DNA of 64,000 nucleotides from Alphaproteobacteria bacterium (GTDB lineage Bacteria; Pseudomonadota; Alphaproteobacteria; JABAAW01; JAHZMA01): NCBI GenBank assembly GCA_965206365.1, contig CBDBJL010000008.1, positions 268 to 64,267 of the forward strand, read 5' to 3'. Shown piece by piece: positions 10,890 to 19,104 of this stretch (position 1 is its first letter; each line of letters starts with the position of its first letter). The notes under the pieces were generated by a model. It saw only the letters and a program-made list of their open reading frames with translations, ran no database searches and was not told where the DNA came from. The position numbers and the translations under genes were made by a program.

Positions 10890-11433
10890 TTAAAAAGTTT
10901 TTTCATAATTTTGCAGTGTTTTTACCAGTGATTCGATATTTTTTTGTAACCTAGCATCTTTTTTATATTCTAGTGAGATCACCTTAACGCCATGCTTAAT
11001 CGCTGCACTATCACGGTGAAAAAAAATTGGCTATCGTTGCATAGCTGCAATGCAAAAAGTTTCTAGATAAATACATCGCAACTTGACGAGGACGTGCATA
11101 TTCCATTTCACGGCTACTGGATAACATCAAGCTTAGAGGGATACCGTAATATTTTGCAACCAATACCGAAATTTTTTGCATATCAAGCCTCGGCGTCGTT
11201 ATTAAAAAACTAAGTTTTTGCTCTAATTTTTCTAATCTTTGTTCTAAAACAACACAAGTTTCACGTAAATTTTTTGCATCAACTAAATTTTGCTGTGAAG
11301 CTGTACAGGTTTTGTATAAGCTTCTCATATTCATGATATGTGGATTTGCTCTCATATCTAATTTTCCTTTACATTTTTTATCGTCAAACATCCTATTCCA
11401 GTGCTTATAGTTGCGTGTATATATATTTAGCAA
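10890..11433 (-). pseudogene. DnaA C-terminal (domain IV)-like DNA-binding protein, frameshift in an A8 tract
   Basis: ORF 11011-11433 ends ISVLVAKYYGIPLSLMLSSSREMEYARPRQVAMYLSRNFLHCSYATIANFFSP. After the A8 run (11019-11026) another frame continues HRDSAAIKHGVKVISLEYKKDARLQKNIESL. This matches the R-x-x-AMYL...RDHSTV architecture of DnaA domain IV. Confidence 0.5.
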
Positions 11434-11739
11434 CTTTTAAGCCCTTATGTGGTTTATAATATGTTCTTTTATTTTTTGATGCAAGTGGCATTTGTCAACA
11501 AAAATTATTTTTTTATATTTTCGTTGTTTTTACAAGATATGTAGTTGAATTTATTGATAAATTACCCTCTTTAGAGCGGTGAATAATTCTATATTTTTGT
11601 ACCAAAAGTTCTATTTTTCTCAGAAAAAACTCTTTTTTTCTTGTAAAATTCATAGAAAAATTATACTTTAAGGATGGGGTGTGCGATGCTTTTTTTTACA
11701 TTTTCTAATGGTAATAATATTTGTGCGAGGTCTTTTAAA

Positions 11740-12129
11740 ATGGCAAAAATAGATGAAACAAACGGTAATCTACCCGCAAAATGTTGTCGGTTTAAATGCT
11801 GGCATTATATCGTTGCGGGAATTGTAATATTTGTTATTGGTTGTATAATTGGAAAAATATCATTTGGCCATCATGGTCACGATTCTGGAAAATATGGGCA
11901 GCAATGGGCTGAATCTAGTATGAAATATCATGGCAACCATCATGGCAAAAGAAACCATGGCTCCATGGGCAATCTACTAAAAGTTGTAGACAAAGATGGG
12001 GATTATCAAATTACGAAACAAGAATTTGATGCGTTTTTCGAGCAATTGGATACGAATAATGATGGCATTATCAACAATGAAATTACACAATTTAAAAAAA
12101 TAATTCAAGAACAGCATCGCAATAAATAA
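11740..12129 (+). CDS. Membrane-anchored His-rich EF-hand calcium-binding protein
   Basis: One TM helix (WHYIVAGIVIFVIGCIIGKI), a His-rich stretch (GHHGHDSGKY...YHGNHHGKRNHG) and EF-hand loops DKDGDYQITKQE and DTNNDGIINNE. An alternative upstream start is at 11674. Confidence 0.55.
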   Translation: MAKIDETNGNLPAKCCRFKCWHYIVAGIVIFVIGCIIGKISFGHHGHDSGKYGQQWAESSMKYHGNHHGKRNHGSMGNLLKVVDKDGDYQITKQEFDAFFEQLDTNNDGIINNEITQFKKIIQEQHRNK

Positions 12130-12199
12130 ATTTTGCTCGCGAATCGATTCGAATCACATGGTTCGTTTCGATGTCGCTAGGCGATCTCTACAAAATAAC

Positions 12200-12748
12200 T
12201 TAAAATCCAGTGTGAGTTTCAAGGAACTTTAGTTCCGTAGCACTGCTTTTACGTTGTAAAGCTTGATTGCGGTGTGGAAATCTCCCAAATTCTTGAATAA
12301 TATCATGATGCTGAATTGCGAAATCCATAACCATCGAAGGAAAATCAGCGAATAATACCAGTGATTTTTTCTGTATTAAACGCGATTCGCTATGCATATA
12401 GGGCATATAAAGAAATTGCCGTTCATTTAGGTTCAAATCTTTATCAGCTCCCATGGCAATGGCTTCTTGAGCCAAAATTAATGCCATGCCATCATAGATA
12501 AACGCATTATCAAACGCTGAGGGGCGAGCTCGGATCAAGTTTCGGGTAAATTGATCCAAAACAATAATCTCAGCAAGCCGCCCCTTACTATTTTTACGCC
12601 AAGCATATAATTCACCAGATCCTGCTTGGCTATGAATATCAAAAAATAAATTTGCTATTTTTTCATCAAAATCAGGATTGTTCGAAAACCAATCTTGTAT
12701 CCCGTGTTCTTGATACCAAAATATCAATATTTTTTGAAAATCAATCAT
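12200..12748 (-). CDS. DUF924 family protein
   Basis: 182-aa ORF containing VLDQFTRNL, FLYMPYMHSES and FGRFPHRN, all characteristic of DUF924. Confidence 0.7.
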   Translation of the reverse strand: MIDFQKILIFWYQEHGIQDWFSNNPDFDEKIANLFFDIHSQAGSGELYAWRKNSKGRLAEIIVLDQFTRNLIRARPSAFDNAFIYDGMALILAQEAIAMGADKDLNLNERQFLYMPYMHSESRLIQKKSLVLFADFPSMVMDFAIQHHDIIQEFGRFPHRNQALQRKSSATELKFLETHTGF

Positions 12749-12762
12749 TCCAAAAATAAATT

Positions 12763-13404
12763 TTAGCCAAATACTGCAGCTTCAATACCTTCAATCAAAA
12801 AAGTAAACCCAATACCAGCAATAACCGCCCCGCCTAAACGTGCCGAGATATTTGTTGGTATTTGAATATTATAAAATTTATTCATCGCATGGGCTGTACC
12901 CAAAATAACGCAAAATTGTAGCGCGCTAAAGGCAATTAAATAAGCAATCAACGGCGAGGCTTCGGCACCAATAATACCAGATCCATAAGCATAGCCATGG
13001 AAAACGCCTAGCAATGCTACCAAAATAGCACTTAGCTTCATAGTAATTTGTTTCCCAGAAAGTGCAACCACACCAATTAACAGCACACTGGTTGCAATGA
13101 TAAATTCACTGCCCGGAATTATAATCCCACTTAAAAATACGAGACAGCCAGCGAAAGCACCGGCAATAAAAGTCGAAGGGAAAAGCAAGCGATTTTTTTG
13201 AAAAGCCGTTAAGATACCAACTGCCAAGATAAATGCAAAATGATCTATACCAATAATCGGATGCGCCATTCCCGACACCAAACCATGCCATAGTTTTGTT
13301 GGAATTTCGCCTCCCATAGGATGATGCGCAAAAGCCGGCAACGAGAATAGGCACGCGATAGATGTGATCGTAAATATTATTTTTTTCATTTTAAAAACCT
13401 TCAA
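12763..13404 (-). CDS. HupE/UreJ family Ni/Co transporter
   Basis: Signal-like N-terminus followed by AHHPMGG and HPIIGIDHFAFILAVGIL, then several TM helices. A cobalamin riboswitch lies upstream on the same strand. Confidence 0.75.
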   Translation of the reverse strand: MKVFKMKKIIFTITSIACLFSLPAFAHHPMGGEIPTKLWHGLVSGMAHPIIGIDHFAFILAVGILTAFQKNRLLFPSTFIAGAFAGCLVFLSGIIIPGSEFIIATSVLLIGVVALSGKQITMKLSAILVALLGVFHGYAYGSGIIGAEASPLIAYLIAFSALQFCVILGTAHAMNKFYNIQIPTNISARLGGAVIAGIGFTFLIEGIEAAVFG

Positions 13405-13699
13405 ATAAAAATATGAAACGCTACATTGCTATGGTTTGTATTGAGCAATAAAAACCAGCAAATAGCGCTATGCGATTATTTCACAAAGAAACCATCTCAA
13501 AATTCACCACACCATGATTTCTATGGCAGTGCCTTGATTTTGATAAGCCAAAAAAATAAATATTTACAGCAAAGACAGCCTTAAAATTTTTATTTTCGCA
13601 AATCTCTTGCAAAGATCCCATAACTTCTTTGAAAGTATGCCTGTTATTTCTACTGGCATACCCCGAACCCGAAAGCCAATCTGCAATCTAAATTACAAA

Positions 13700-13925
13700 T
13701 AAACCTTCATCATCAGGCAGGTCTCCTGGCTTGCATTGCTATGATTTTGCAACCCTTCCCAGAAAATTCTTTCCAGTGGTTAATTCGCAATAACATATTC
13801 ATCATTAAAAAATCATGAATCAATGCTTACAGTCGCGGGGGCGGCTATGGCATAGGTGATCAAGTTTCACCGTCACCTTATTCCCTTATTAAGGTACGAT
13901 ATTCTAATATCGTTTCCACCTGAAT
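13700..13925 (-). promoter_or_regulatory. Cobalamin (B12) riboswitch
   Basis: The minus strand reads AATAAGGGAATAAGGTGACGGTGAAACTTGATCACC, then GCCGCCCCCGCGACTGTAAGC, then CCACTGGAAAGAATTTTCTGGGAAGG, then the B12 box AGCCAGGAGACCTGCC (plus 13716-13731). Order and spacing match the cobalamin riboswitch consensus. Confidence 0.8.
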
Positions 13926-13995
13926 TTGAGAATATTATAAGAAGCACCTCGGGTTGTCAATCAATAATTCTTTAAATAAAAGATAAATTTTATTT

Positions 13996-15168
13996 TTATC
14001 CGAGTGCAACAATTCCAGGGAGTTTTTTCCCTTCAAGCCATTCTAAAAATGCCCCACCAGCGGTAGATAAATAGCTAAATTCATTAGCAAGCCCTGATGT
14101 TTTTACCGCTGCCACGGTATCACCACCTCCAGCGATTACTTGGCAACCTTGCTGTGCCCGTTTCGCTAAATATTGGCATAGCTCGTTACTTCCTTTGCGA
14201 AAAGCTTCCACTTCAAACATTCCCAACGGACCGTTCATAATAATGGTTTGGGCATTTTCAAGTGCCGTAATAATTTTTGTCAAACTGTTAGGGCCCGCAT
14301 CCAGAATCATTTCATTTGCCATAATATCTTGAAAATTATTTACCAAACGACTATTTTCGCCAGAAATATTGGTGGCACAAATGCCATCTATGGGTAAAAT
14401 AATCAATGTCTTATTTTTTTTCGCTTCGGCTTTAATTTCAGAAACCAAATCCAAAGCTTCTTCCTCACATAAAGATTTCCCGATTGGAATGTTATCAGCT
14501 TTTAAAAATACATTTGCCATCCCCCCTGCGATCACTAAAATATCGGCTTTTCGTGTAAGATTTTGTAAAAGCTGAATTTTACTAGAAATTTTAGCACCAC
14601 CAATAATTGCCGCCAAAGGGCGTTTTGGAGTTTCTAGGCTTGCTGTGAGTGCAGCCACCTCACTTTCTAATAAAGGCCCTGAAAAAGCGGGTAATAAATT
14701 TGCTAAACCTTGTGTAGAGGCATGGGCACGATGGGCTGCAGAAAAAGCATCATTAATATAAATATCGCCAATATTCCCAAGTTTTTCTGTAAATTCAATA
14801 TCATTCGCCTCTTCACCTGAATAAAAGCGCAAATTCTCTAACAAAGCCACTTCGCCCATTTGTAAGGATTGACTCGCCTCGGTGAGTAAATCCATCGATG
14901 TAACAAAATGTACTTTTTGATTGAGGAGTTCCGACAATTTTTGGCTGATCGGCAACAAAGATAATTCTGGAACCGTTTTGCCTTTTGGGCGTCCAAAATG
15001 ACTCAATAAAATTAATTTAGCATTCCGTGCCAACAGATTTTTAATGCCGTGCAAACTGGCATCAATTCTTGTACTATCGGTAATGACCCCCTTATGGATT
15101 GGCACATTAAAATCCACACGCATCAAAACAACCTTATTGCTAACATCGGCAAGAGTATAATTTTTCAT
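13996..15168 (-). CDS. pgk: Phosphoglycerate kinase
   Basis: MKNYTLADVSNKVVLMRVDFNVP, LLSHFGRPKG, ENLRFYSGEE and IAGGGDTVAAV. Start chosen at 15168; the longer ORF to 15255 runs close to the tRNA gene that starts at 15269. Confidence 0.9.
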   Translation of the reverse strand: MKNYTLADVSNKVVLMRVDFNVPIHKGVITDSTRIDASLHGIKNLLARNAKLILLSHFGRPKGKTVPELSLLPISQKLSELLNQKVHFVTSMDLLTEASQSLQMGEVALLENLRFYSGEEANDIEFTEKLGNIGDIYINDAFSAAHRAHASTQGLANLLPAFSGPLLESEVAALTASLETPKRPLAAIIGGAKISSKIQLLQNLTRKADILVIAGGMANVFLKADNIPIGKSLCEEEALDLVSEIKAEAKKNKTLIILPIDGICATNISGENSRLVNNFQDIMANEMILDAGPNSLTKIITALENAQTIIMNGPLGMFEVEAFRKGSNELCQYLAKRAQQGCQVIAGGGDTVAAVKTSGLANEFSYLSTAGGAFLEWLEGKKLPGIVALG

Positions 15169-15268
15169 GATCCATCTTTCACAAAGGTTAAACAAATTTA
15201 ATTTTTTATCATGCGCGATTTTTGTCGGCTTGACAAGAGCTGAAACTTTAAGCAAAATGACGCCACGC

Positions 15269-15356
15269 GGAGGGATGGCAGAGTGGTAATGCGGCGGATT
15301 GCTAATCCGTGACCGTTTGTAGCGGTCCCCGGGTTCAAGTCCCGGTCCCTCCGCCA
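15269..15356 (+). tRNA. tRNA-Ser (anticodon GCT)
   Basis: GGAGGGA acceptor stem pairs with TCCCTCC, followed by GCCA. Anticodon stem GCGGA/TCCGT carries loop TTGCTAA. Long variable arm GACCG...CGGTC. T arm CCGGG-TTCAAGT-CCCGG. Confidence 0.9.
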
Positions 15357-15430
15357 GAAATATTTAATTTGACCCAAAAACATATTATTTTCTTGTTCTT
15401 TCGTTATAAAATTTCAAACTCGGTGGGAAA

Positions 15431-16273
15431 ATGAGAACAAATTGTCCTTTTAAGATCGCAATCTTCACTCAAACACAGGAAAAATTTATAAAAAAATTAT
15501 TTTTAACGCTAACTCTATGTTACGGATTATGTTTTGGCAATGTAACAATGGCACAAGAAGTTGAGACTGAATCTACAAACGAATCTAAAACGATAACCGA
15601 ATCTGAATCTGAAGTTGAAACCGAATCTGAAGTTGAAGCTGAAGTTGAAACCGAAGCTGAAGCGAAACCTAAATTTGCCAAATATTATATCGGTTATAAT
15701 TATATGCCTGTTTCGCATGAATTATTATCATTTAAGCGTTTTGCAGAAGAAAAAGCTATTTTGGCCAGCTTTGGCTATGATCATGCCAATTTAAGGCAGT
15801 CGGAAGGCGCAAAAGGCAGTGTACTGTATGCAGGGCAAAAATTATCAGAGAATTTTTCTCTTGAATTAGCCTTGAAAAATTATGGCGAGAAAACATTTAC
15901 CTATATTGCAACAGAGAATTCTTCGGGAGTGACCTATAGCACTACACAAAAAATATCAATTTCTAGCGTTAATATTGGTTGTAAATATATTTGGAAACGC
16001 AAAGAAAAATTTAATTTATACGCTAAATTGGGCTCAGAAAACTGGTCAAGCACATCAGCAAAAACGATTAAAACAAACGATCCAAGGCTTGAAAATGTTT
16101 TGGATGTTTATGACACAAGAGCAACTATTGATAGTGGTGATGATCTATATTATGGGGTGGGGATGGATATTAAAGGCTTACAATTTGAAATCGCGCCACG
16201 AAATTTTCAAGATGAAAATGGTGAAGAATTGATCAGTACGTTATTGCAAATTGGCTATGCTTTTTCATTTTAA
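15431..16273 (+). CDS. Outer-membrane beta-barrel protein (OmpA-like/porin family 8-strand type) with an acidic N-terminal repeat
   Basis: Signal peptide (LFLTLTLCYGLCFGNVTMAQE), an ETESEVE-type acidic repeat, alternating-hydrophobic strands and a terminal YAFSF typical of OMP C-termini. Confidence 0.55.
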   Translation: MRTNCPFKIAIFTQTQEKFIKKLFLTLTLCYGLCFGNVTMAQEVETESTNESKTITESESEVETESEVEAEVETEAEAKPKFAKYYIGYNYMPVSHELLSFKRFAEEKAILASFGYDHANLRQSEGAKGSVLYAGQKLSENFSLELALKNYGEKTFTYIATENSSGVTYSTTQKISISSVNIGCKYIWKRKEKFNLYAKLGSENWSSTSAKTIKTNDPRLENVLDVYDTRATIDSGDDLYYGVGMDIKGLQFEIAPRNFQDENGEELISTLLQIGYAFSF

Positions 16274-16437
16274 TTAATCTAGCACCCGTCTCCTTAGCAT
16301 ATCTGGGAAGCCGAGAAGCGTATTATCTTTTTATAAAATTAAAATGCAAGGGGGCACGGGTATGGCTGATCGATATGCGAGGCAAAATCTCGCCATGGCC
16401 CCCGCTATCTTTCCTTGCAAAATCAATGAAGTACGCA

Positions 16438-16505
16438 CCCCCCTTTAAATTATAATGGCGGGGGGATGTTAAGGGGGGTGTCCATCGGCTGGGCATCGCC
16501 CCCCC
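16438..16505. repeat. C6-N16-G6-N7-G6-N20-C7 structured element, related to the motif at 23721-23757
   Basis: CCCCCCTTTAAATTATAATGGCGGGGGGATGTTAAGGGGGGTGTCCATCGGCTGGGCATCGCCCCCCC. The central TATAATGGCGGGGGGATGTTAAGGGGGGTGTC is close to TATAATGATGCGGGGGGATATTAAGGGGGGTATC at 23720-23753. The C and G runs can pair as two hairpins. Confidence 0.6.
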
Positions 16506-16806
16506 TTATAATATATGCTCAGGATCTTCGTGCGAATCTTCTAAGAATCAATCGGGATTTTAGCGCGAATCTAAGCAAAATTGATGGGTTTTCTTGCTGA
16601 AATCGAAGCTTTTGTTTGATTTTCGGGGTGAAATCGCCGCAAAATCGAGGGTTTTTTCTTCATTTTTCCCTCTGGCAATCCCTTGAATTTACTGGTTAAA
16701 TGCAGAAATCGGTGAACAAATGGTGAATAACTATTTCGAAGCCCTTGGATTGCGTTATAATAGGTTCAAGATATTTACTTGAACAAAGTCATTAGGGAGA
16801 AAGCAA

Positions 16807-18116
16807 ATGGCATTATCAAATGAGACGATAAAATGTTTCGAAACATTAATAAAACACGGAAAGGACGCACCCAAAATTGCCCAGATGCTGGGGCAATCGC
16901 TGTGATGAATGTATCGTGAAAGCCTTTGGCGAGGCCGAAAGATACAAAAAGGAATTGTCTGCCCAGACATATGAAATTATTAACCGAATATCAAGAAAAA
17001 ATTCGAACCAATCAGCGAATGGGCTATAGTACAAAAAGCTGTATTGAAAAAATACGCAACAATCAGATTGAACGGCTTACTGCCCAAGGAGGTTACGCGG
17101 GCTATGGTGGATTTGAAACGTCATACCAAAAATATGCTACCTCAAATTCAATTGACTTATCATGAGTATGACAAATGGAACAAAAATTATCAAGACTGGA
17201 AGCGTAAGCAATTGCCGGCAATTCAAACTTCTCTTGGCAAAATTGAGACTGGACAGAAGCTGGGTGAATGCGAGACTTTGGCATTATGGCAACATACAAA
17301 GCATGATCAAGATAAATTATTGCCGGTGATGCTGTTCTATCTGAAAAAAAACGCATCTTCTTGGATGACTTCTCAGAATTTGCGTAGCATCATTAGATTT
17401 GGCGAGAAGCCTCGCTCTCATGAAAAAGATCATTTGGTGGATCCACAATTGTTACAAGCTGGATCATAAAAACAGCCGATTTTGTTGTTACCATAGAACA
17501 TACAAAGGGAAAAGCCGTGGTTCCAGAAGCGAATAACTATCTTGCCACTCTGCCAGCGATTCGAGTCCTGATGAATATCGAACAATTATCTTACGATCAT
17601 TCTTATCCAAAAATATCTAATCAATACGCTAGACCTGCACTTTTAACTGGGCAATATGGCTGAAAATCGCGTTTAAAACAACTGGTGAATACCTCAGCAG
17701 ACCATCATGGCGATGGATTTTAACATGCGTGGGCATCAAATTGGAGCTGTAACTTATCAACACATAATGGGCGCGAAGCGAAGTGTGATTATTGGCAGTT
17801 AATACAACTTTTGGATACCCAAAACCCCTATAACCCAAGCAAAATCTAGATGACAAATGATAATCAAGTTAGCGCGTGGCCTACCCTGGGTAAGCTAATG
17901 ATCCATAAAGAGGGGGAAGATTTTCCGGAAATTTGCGTTATCACCTATCGCCATATGAACCGAGTGCCCAACAATCTGAATGAAGGCAATAATCATCAAG
18001 GCGGGACGATATATTTGGGTGATTACCGTAAAATTGTTAACCCTGAGATCATAGAGCAATTCAAGTGCAACGCTTTGGTAGGGTCTGATGCTGACAACAT
18101 TAACAATTCATGGTAA
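16807..18116 (+). mobile_element. Possible IS630/Tc1-like transposase remnant, heavily degraded
   Basis: N-terminal HTH-like MALSNETIKCFETLIKHGKDAPKIAQMLGQSL is followed by stops. GRPKDTKRN appears in another frame. ICVITYRHMN...GGTIYLGDYRKIVNPEIIEQFK weakly resembles the DDE end motif (ILDNxxxH...LPPYSPxLNPIExxW). There are many frame breaks. The call is weak. Confidence 0.3.
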
Positions 18117-18669
18117 AAAGATTGATCATTGCTAGGCGAGCTGTAAGATTTGCCGACACCCAGATCTATTTGAAACCAAAAATAGTTACCCCTGATCCGG
18201 AAACTATCATTAAAACAGGAGATCTTGCTACAATCCTTAAAAAAGATTCAAACAGAGATGCGATATAATGCTTAGTGGCAATCGGGTGACTAAATCGTCA
18301 GTATTTTATTTTGTAAAAGGTGATAAGCTTCCATATGGGCTATGGTTTGGATGGCTCATCCCTATTTTTGAATATGATGATTATAAATTCGCCAAGTTAG
18401 GAATGAGCATTTTCATATTGAGACGGCAATATATTCGTGGGTGATGGGGCTATTGAAAATTTTGTTCAGGATAATGCGGATCTCAGGGTGACGAAGCGTC
18501 ACCGCCTTAGAGGCAGAAATTGTAGCCTATAATCGCAAAATATCATGGCTCGAAACAATTGCAGGTAATAAGGGGTATTAGATTCTGGTACGCAATAGAT
18601 AACTTTAAGGTCCTCGGGACCTTGGCTGCTGAGAGCCAGAGAATGGTTTTGTAATCTATGAGTGGAGAT

Positions 18670-18730
18670 CCTAATGGCGAAATTAAAGGCGGCATTGCGA
18701 TCTTTCACCCGTGGCACGCAAGCCTATAAT
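18670..18730. repeat. 61-bp repeat R1 (direct copy of 23666-23725)
   Basis: CCTAATGGCGAAATTAAAGGCGGCATTGCGATCTTTCACCCGTGGCACGCAAGCCTATAAT versus CCTGATGGCGAAATTAAAGGCGGCATTGCGATATTTACCCGCGGCACGCAAGCCTATAAT. A few substitutions and one indel. Confidence 0.8.
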
Positions 18731-18772
18731 AAATGCTATTACGCAATGTTAAAAGTTTTTTAACCACAATAG

Positions 18773-19030
18773 GTGCGAAAAGTCCACAACCAGATAAGGG
18801 AACATGATATTATTCGCGATATTGCCGCCTTGCATGCGTTGAGGTTGGCATTGCAGAAAGCAGTGGCTTTGAATCCACAAAATCCATGCATCAAAAATAT
18901 TGCTGAAGTGGATAAAGCGTTTGGAAAAATAACAGAAGCTATCAAAGAATTATTTAAAGAAATACCAGAAGGCACCATAAAAACAAACATAAAAACGCAA
19001 TTTCCAGGAATTAAGTTTGATCAAAATTGA
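18773..19030 (+). CDS. Hypothetical small helical protein (GTG start)
   Basis: 85-aa ORF followed about 30 nt later by a strong intrinsic terminator. No family recognised and the start context is weak. Confidence 0.3.
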   Translation: MRKVHNQIREHDIIRDIAALHALRLALQKAVALNPQNPCIKNIAEVDKAFGKITEAIKELFKEIPEGTIKTNIKTQFPGIKFDQN

Positions 19031-19058
19031 TAATTTATATTGTTATGTAAGCAAACTT

Positions 19059-19094
19059 ATGCTAGCTTTGTATATACAGAGCTAGCATTTTTTT
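19059..19094 (+). terminator. Rho-independent terminator
   Basis: Perfect 9-bp stem ATGCTAGCT (19059-19067) / AGCTAGCAT (19080-19088), whose final T runs into a T7 tract (19088-19094). Confidence 0.7.
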
Positions 19095-19104
19095 AGAAAG
19101 GGCC

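Larger units (their letters stand above)
1..11433 (-). mobile_element. Degraded Mu-like prophage remnant (late/structural module only), continuing beyond the window start
   Basis: Colinear minus-strand run: DnaA-C-like, Mor-like, M15 endolysin, terminase, DUF935 portal, protease/scaffold, DUF2190, major capsid, DUF1320 (gp36-like), gp37-like, DUF2635-like, tail sheath. No transposase or repressor genes are seen. Most genes are split across frames. Confidence 0.7.

Noticed and set aside
10724-10954. 76-aa plus-strand ORF rich in F/L/I/K
   Set aside because: It lies in AT-rich sequence at the prophage regulatory region and overlaps the frame-corrected 3' end of the DnaA-C-like pseudogene. Its composition is typical of a spurious ORF.
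13106-13354. 82-aa ORF in an alternative frame inside hupE, plus similar nested or antisense ORFs within the housekeeping genes
   Set aside because: Each is overlapped by a longer ORF with clear family motifs, and none has independent support.
15198-15383. 61-aa minus-strand ORF overlapping the tRNA-Ser gene, and the N-terminal extension of pgk up to 15255
   Set aside because: The minus-strand ORF is antisense to a well-folded tRNA. pgk homology begins at MKNYTLADV (15168).
18480-18660. Cluster of short hairpins (GGTGACG-AAG-CGTCACC, AAGGTCC-TCG-GGACCTT) that might indicate a structured ncRNA or a group II intron remnant
   Set aside because: I see no match to conserved cores I know (RNase P, tmRNA, SRP, 6S, intron domain V). 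The stems are short. It is left as unexplained sequence within the IS/island debris.
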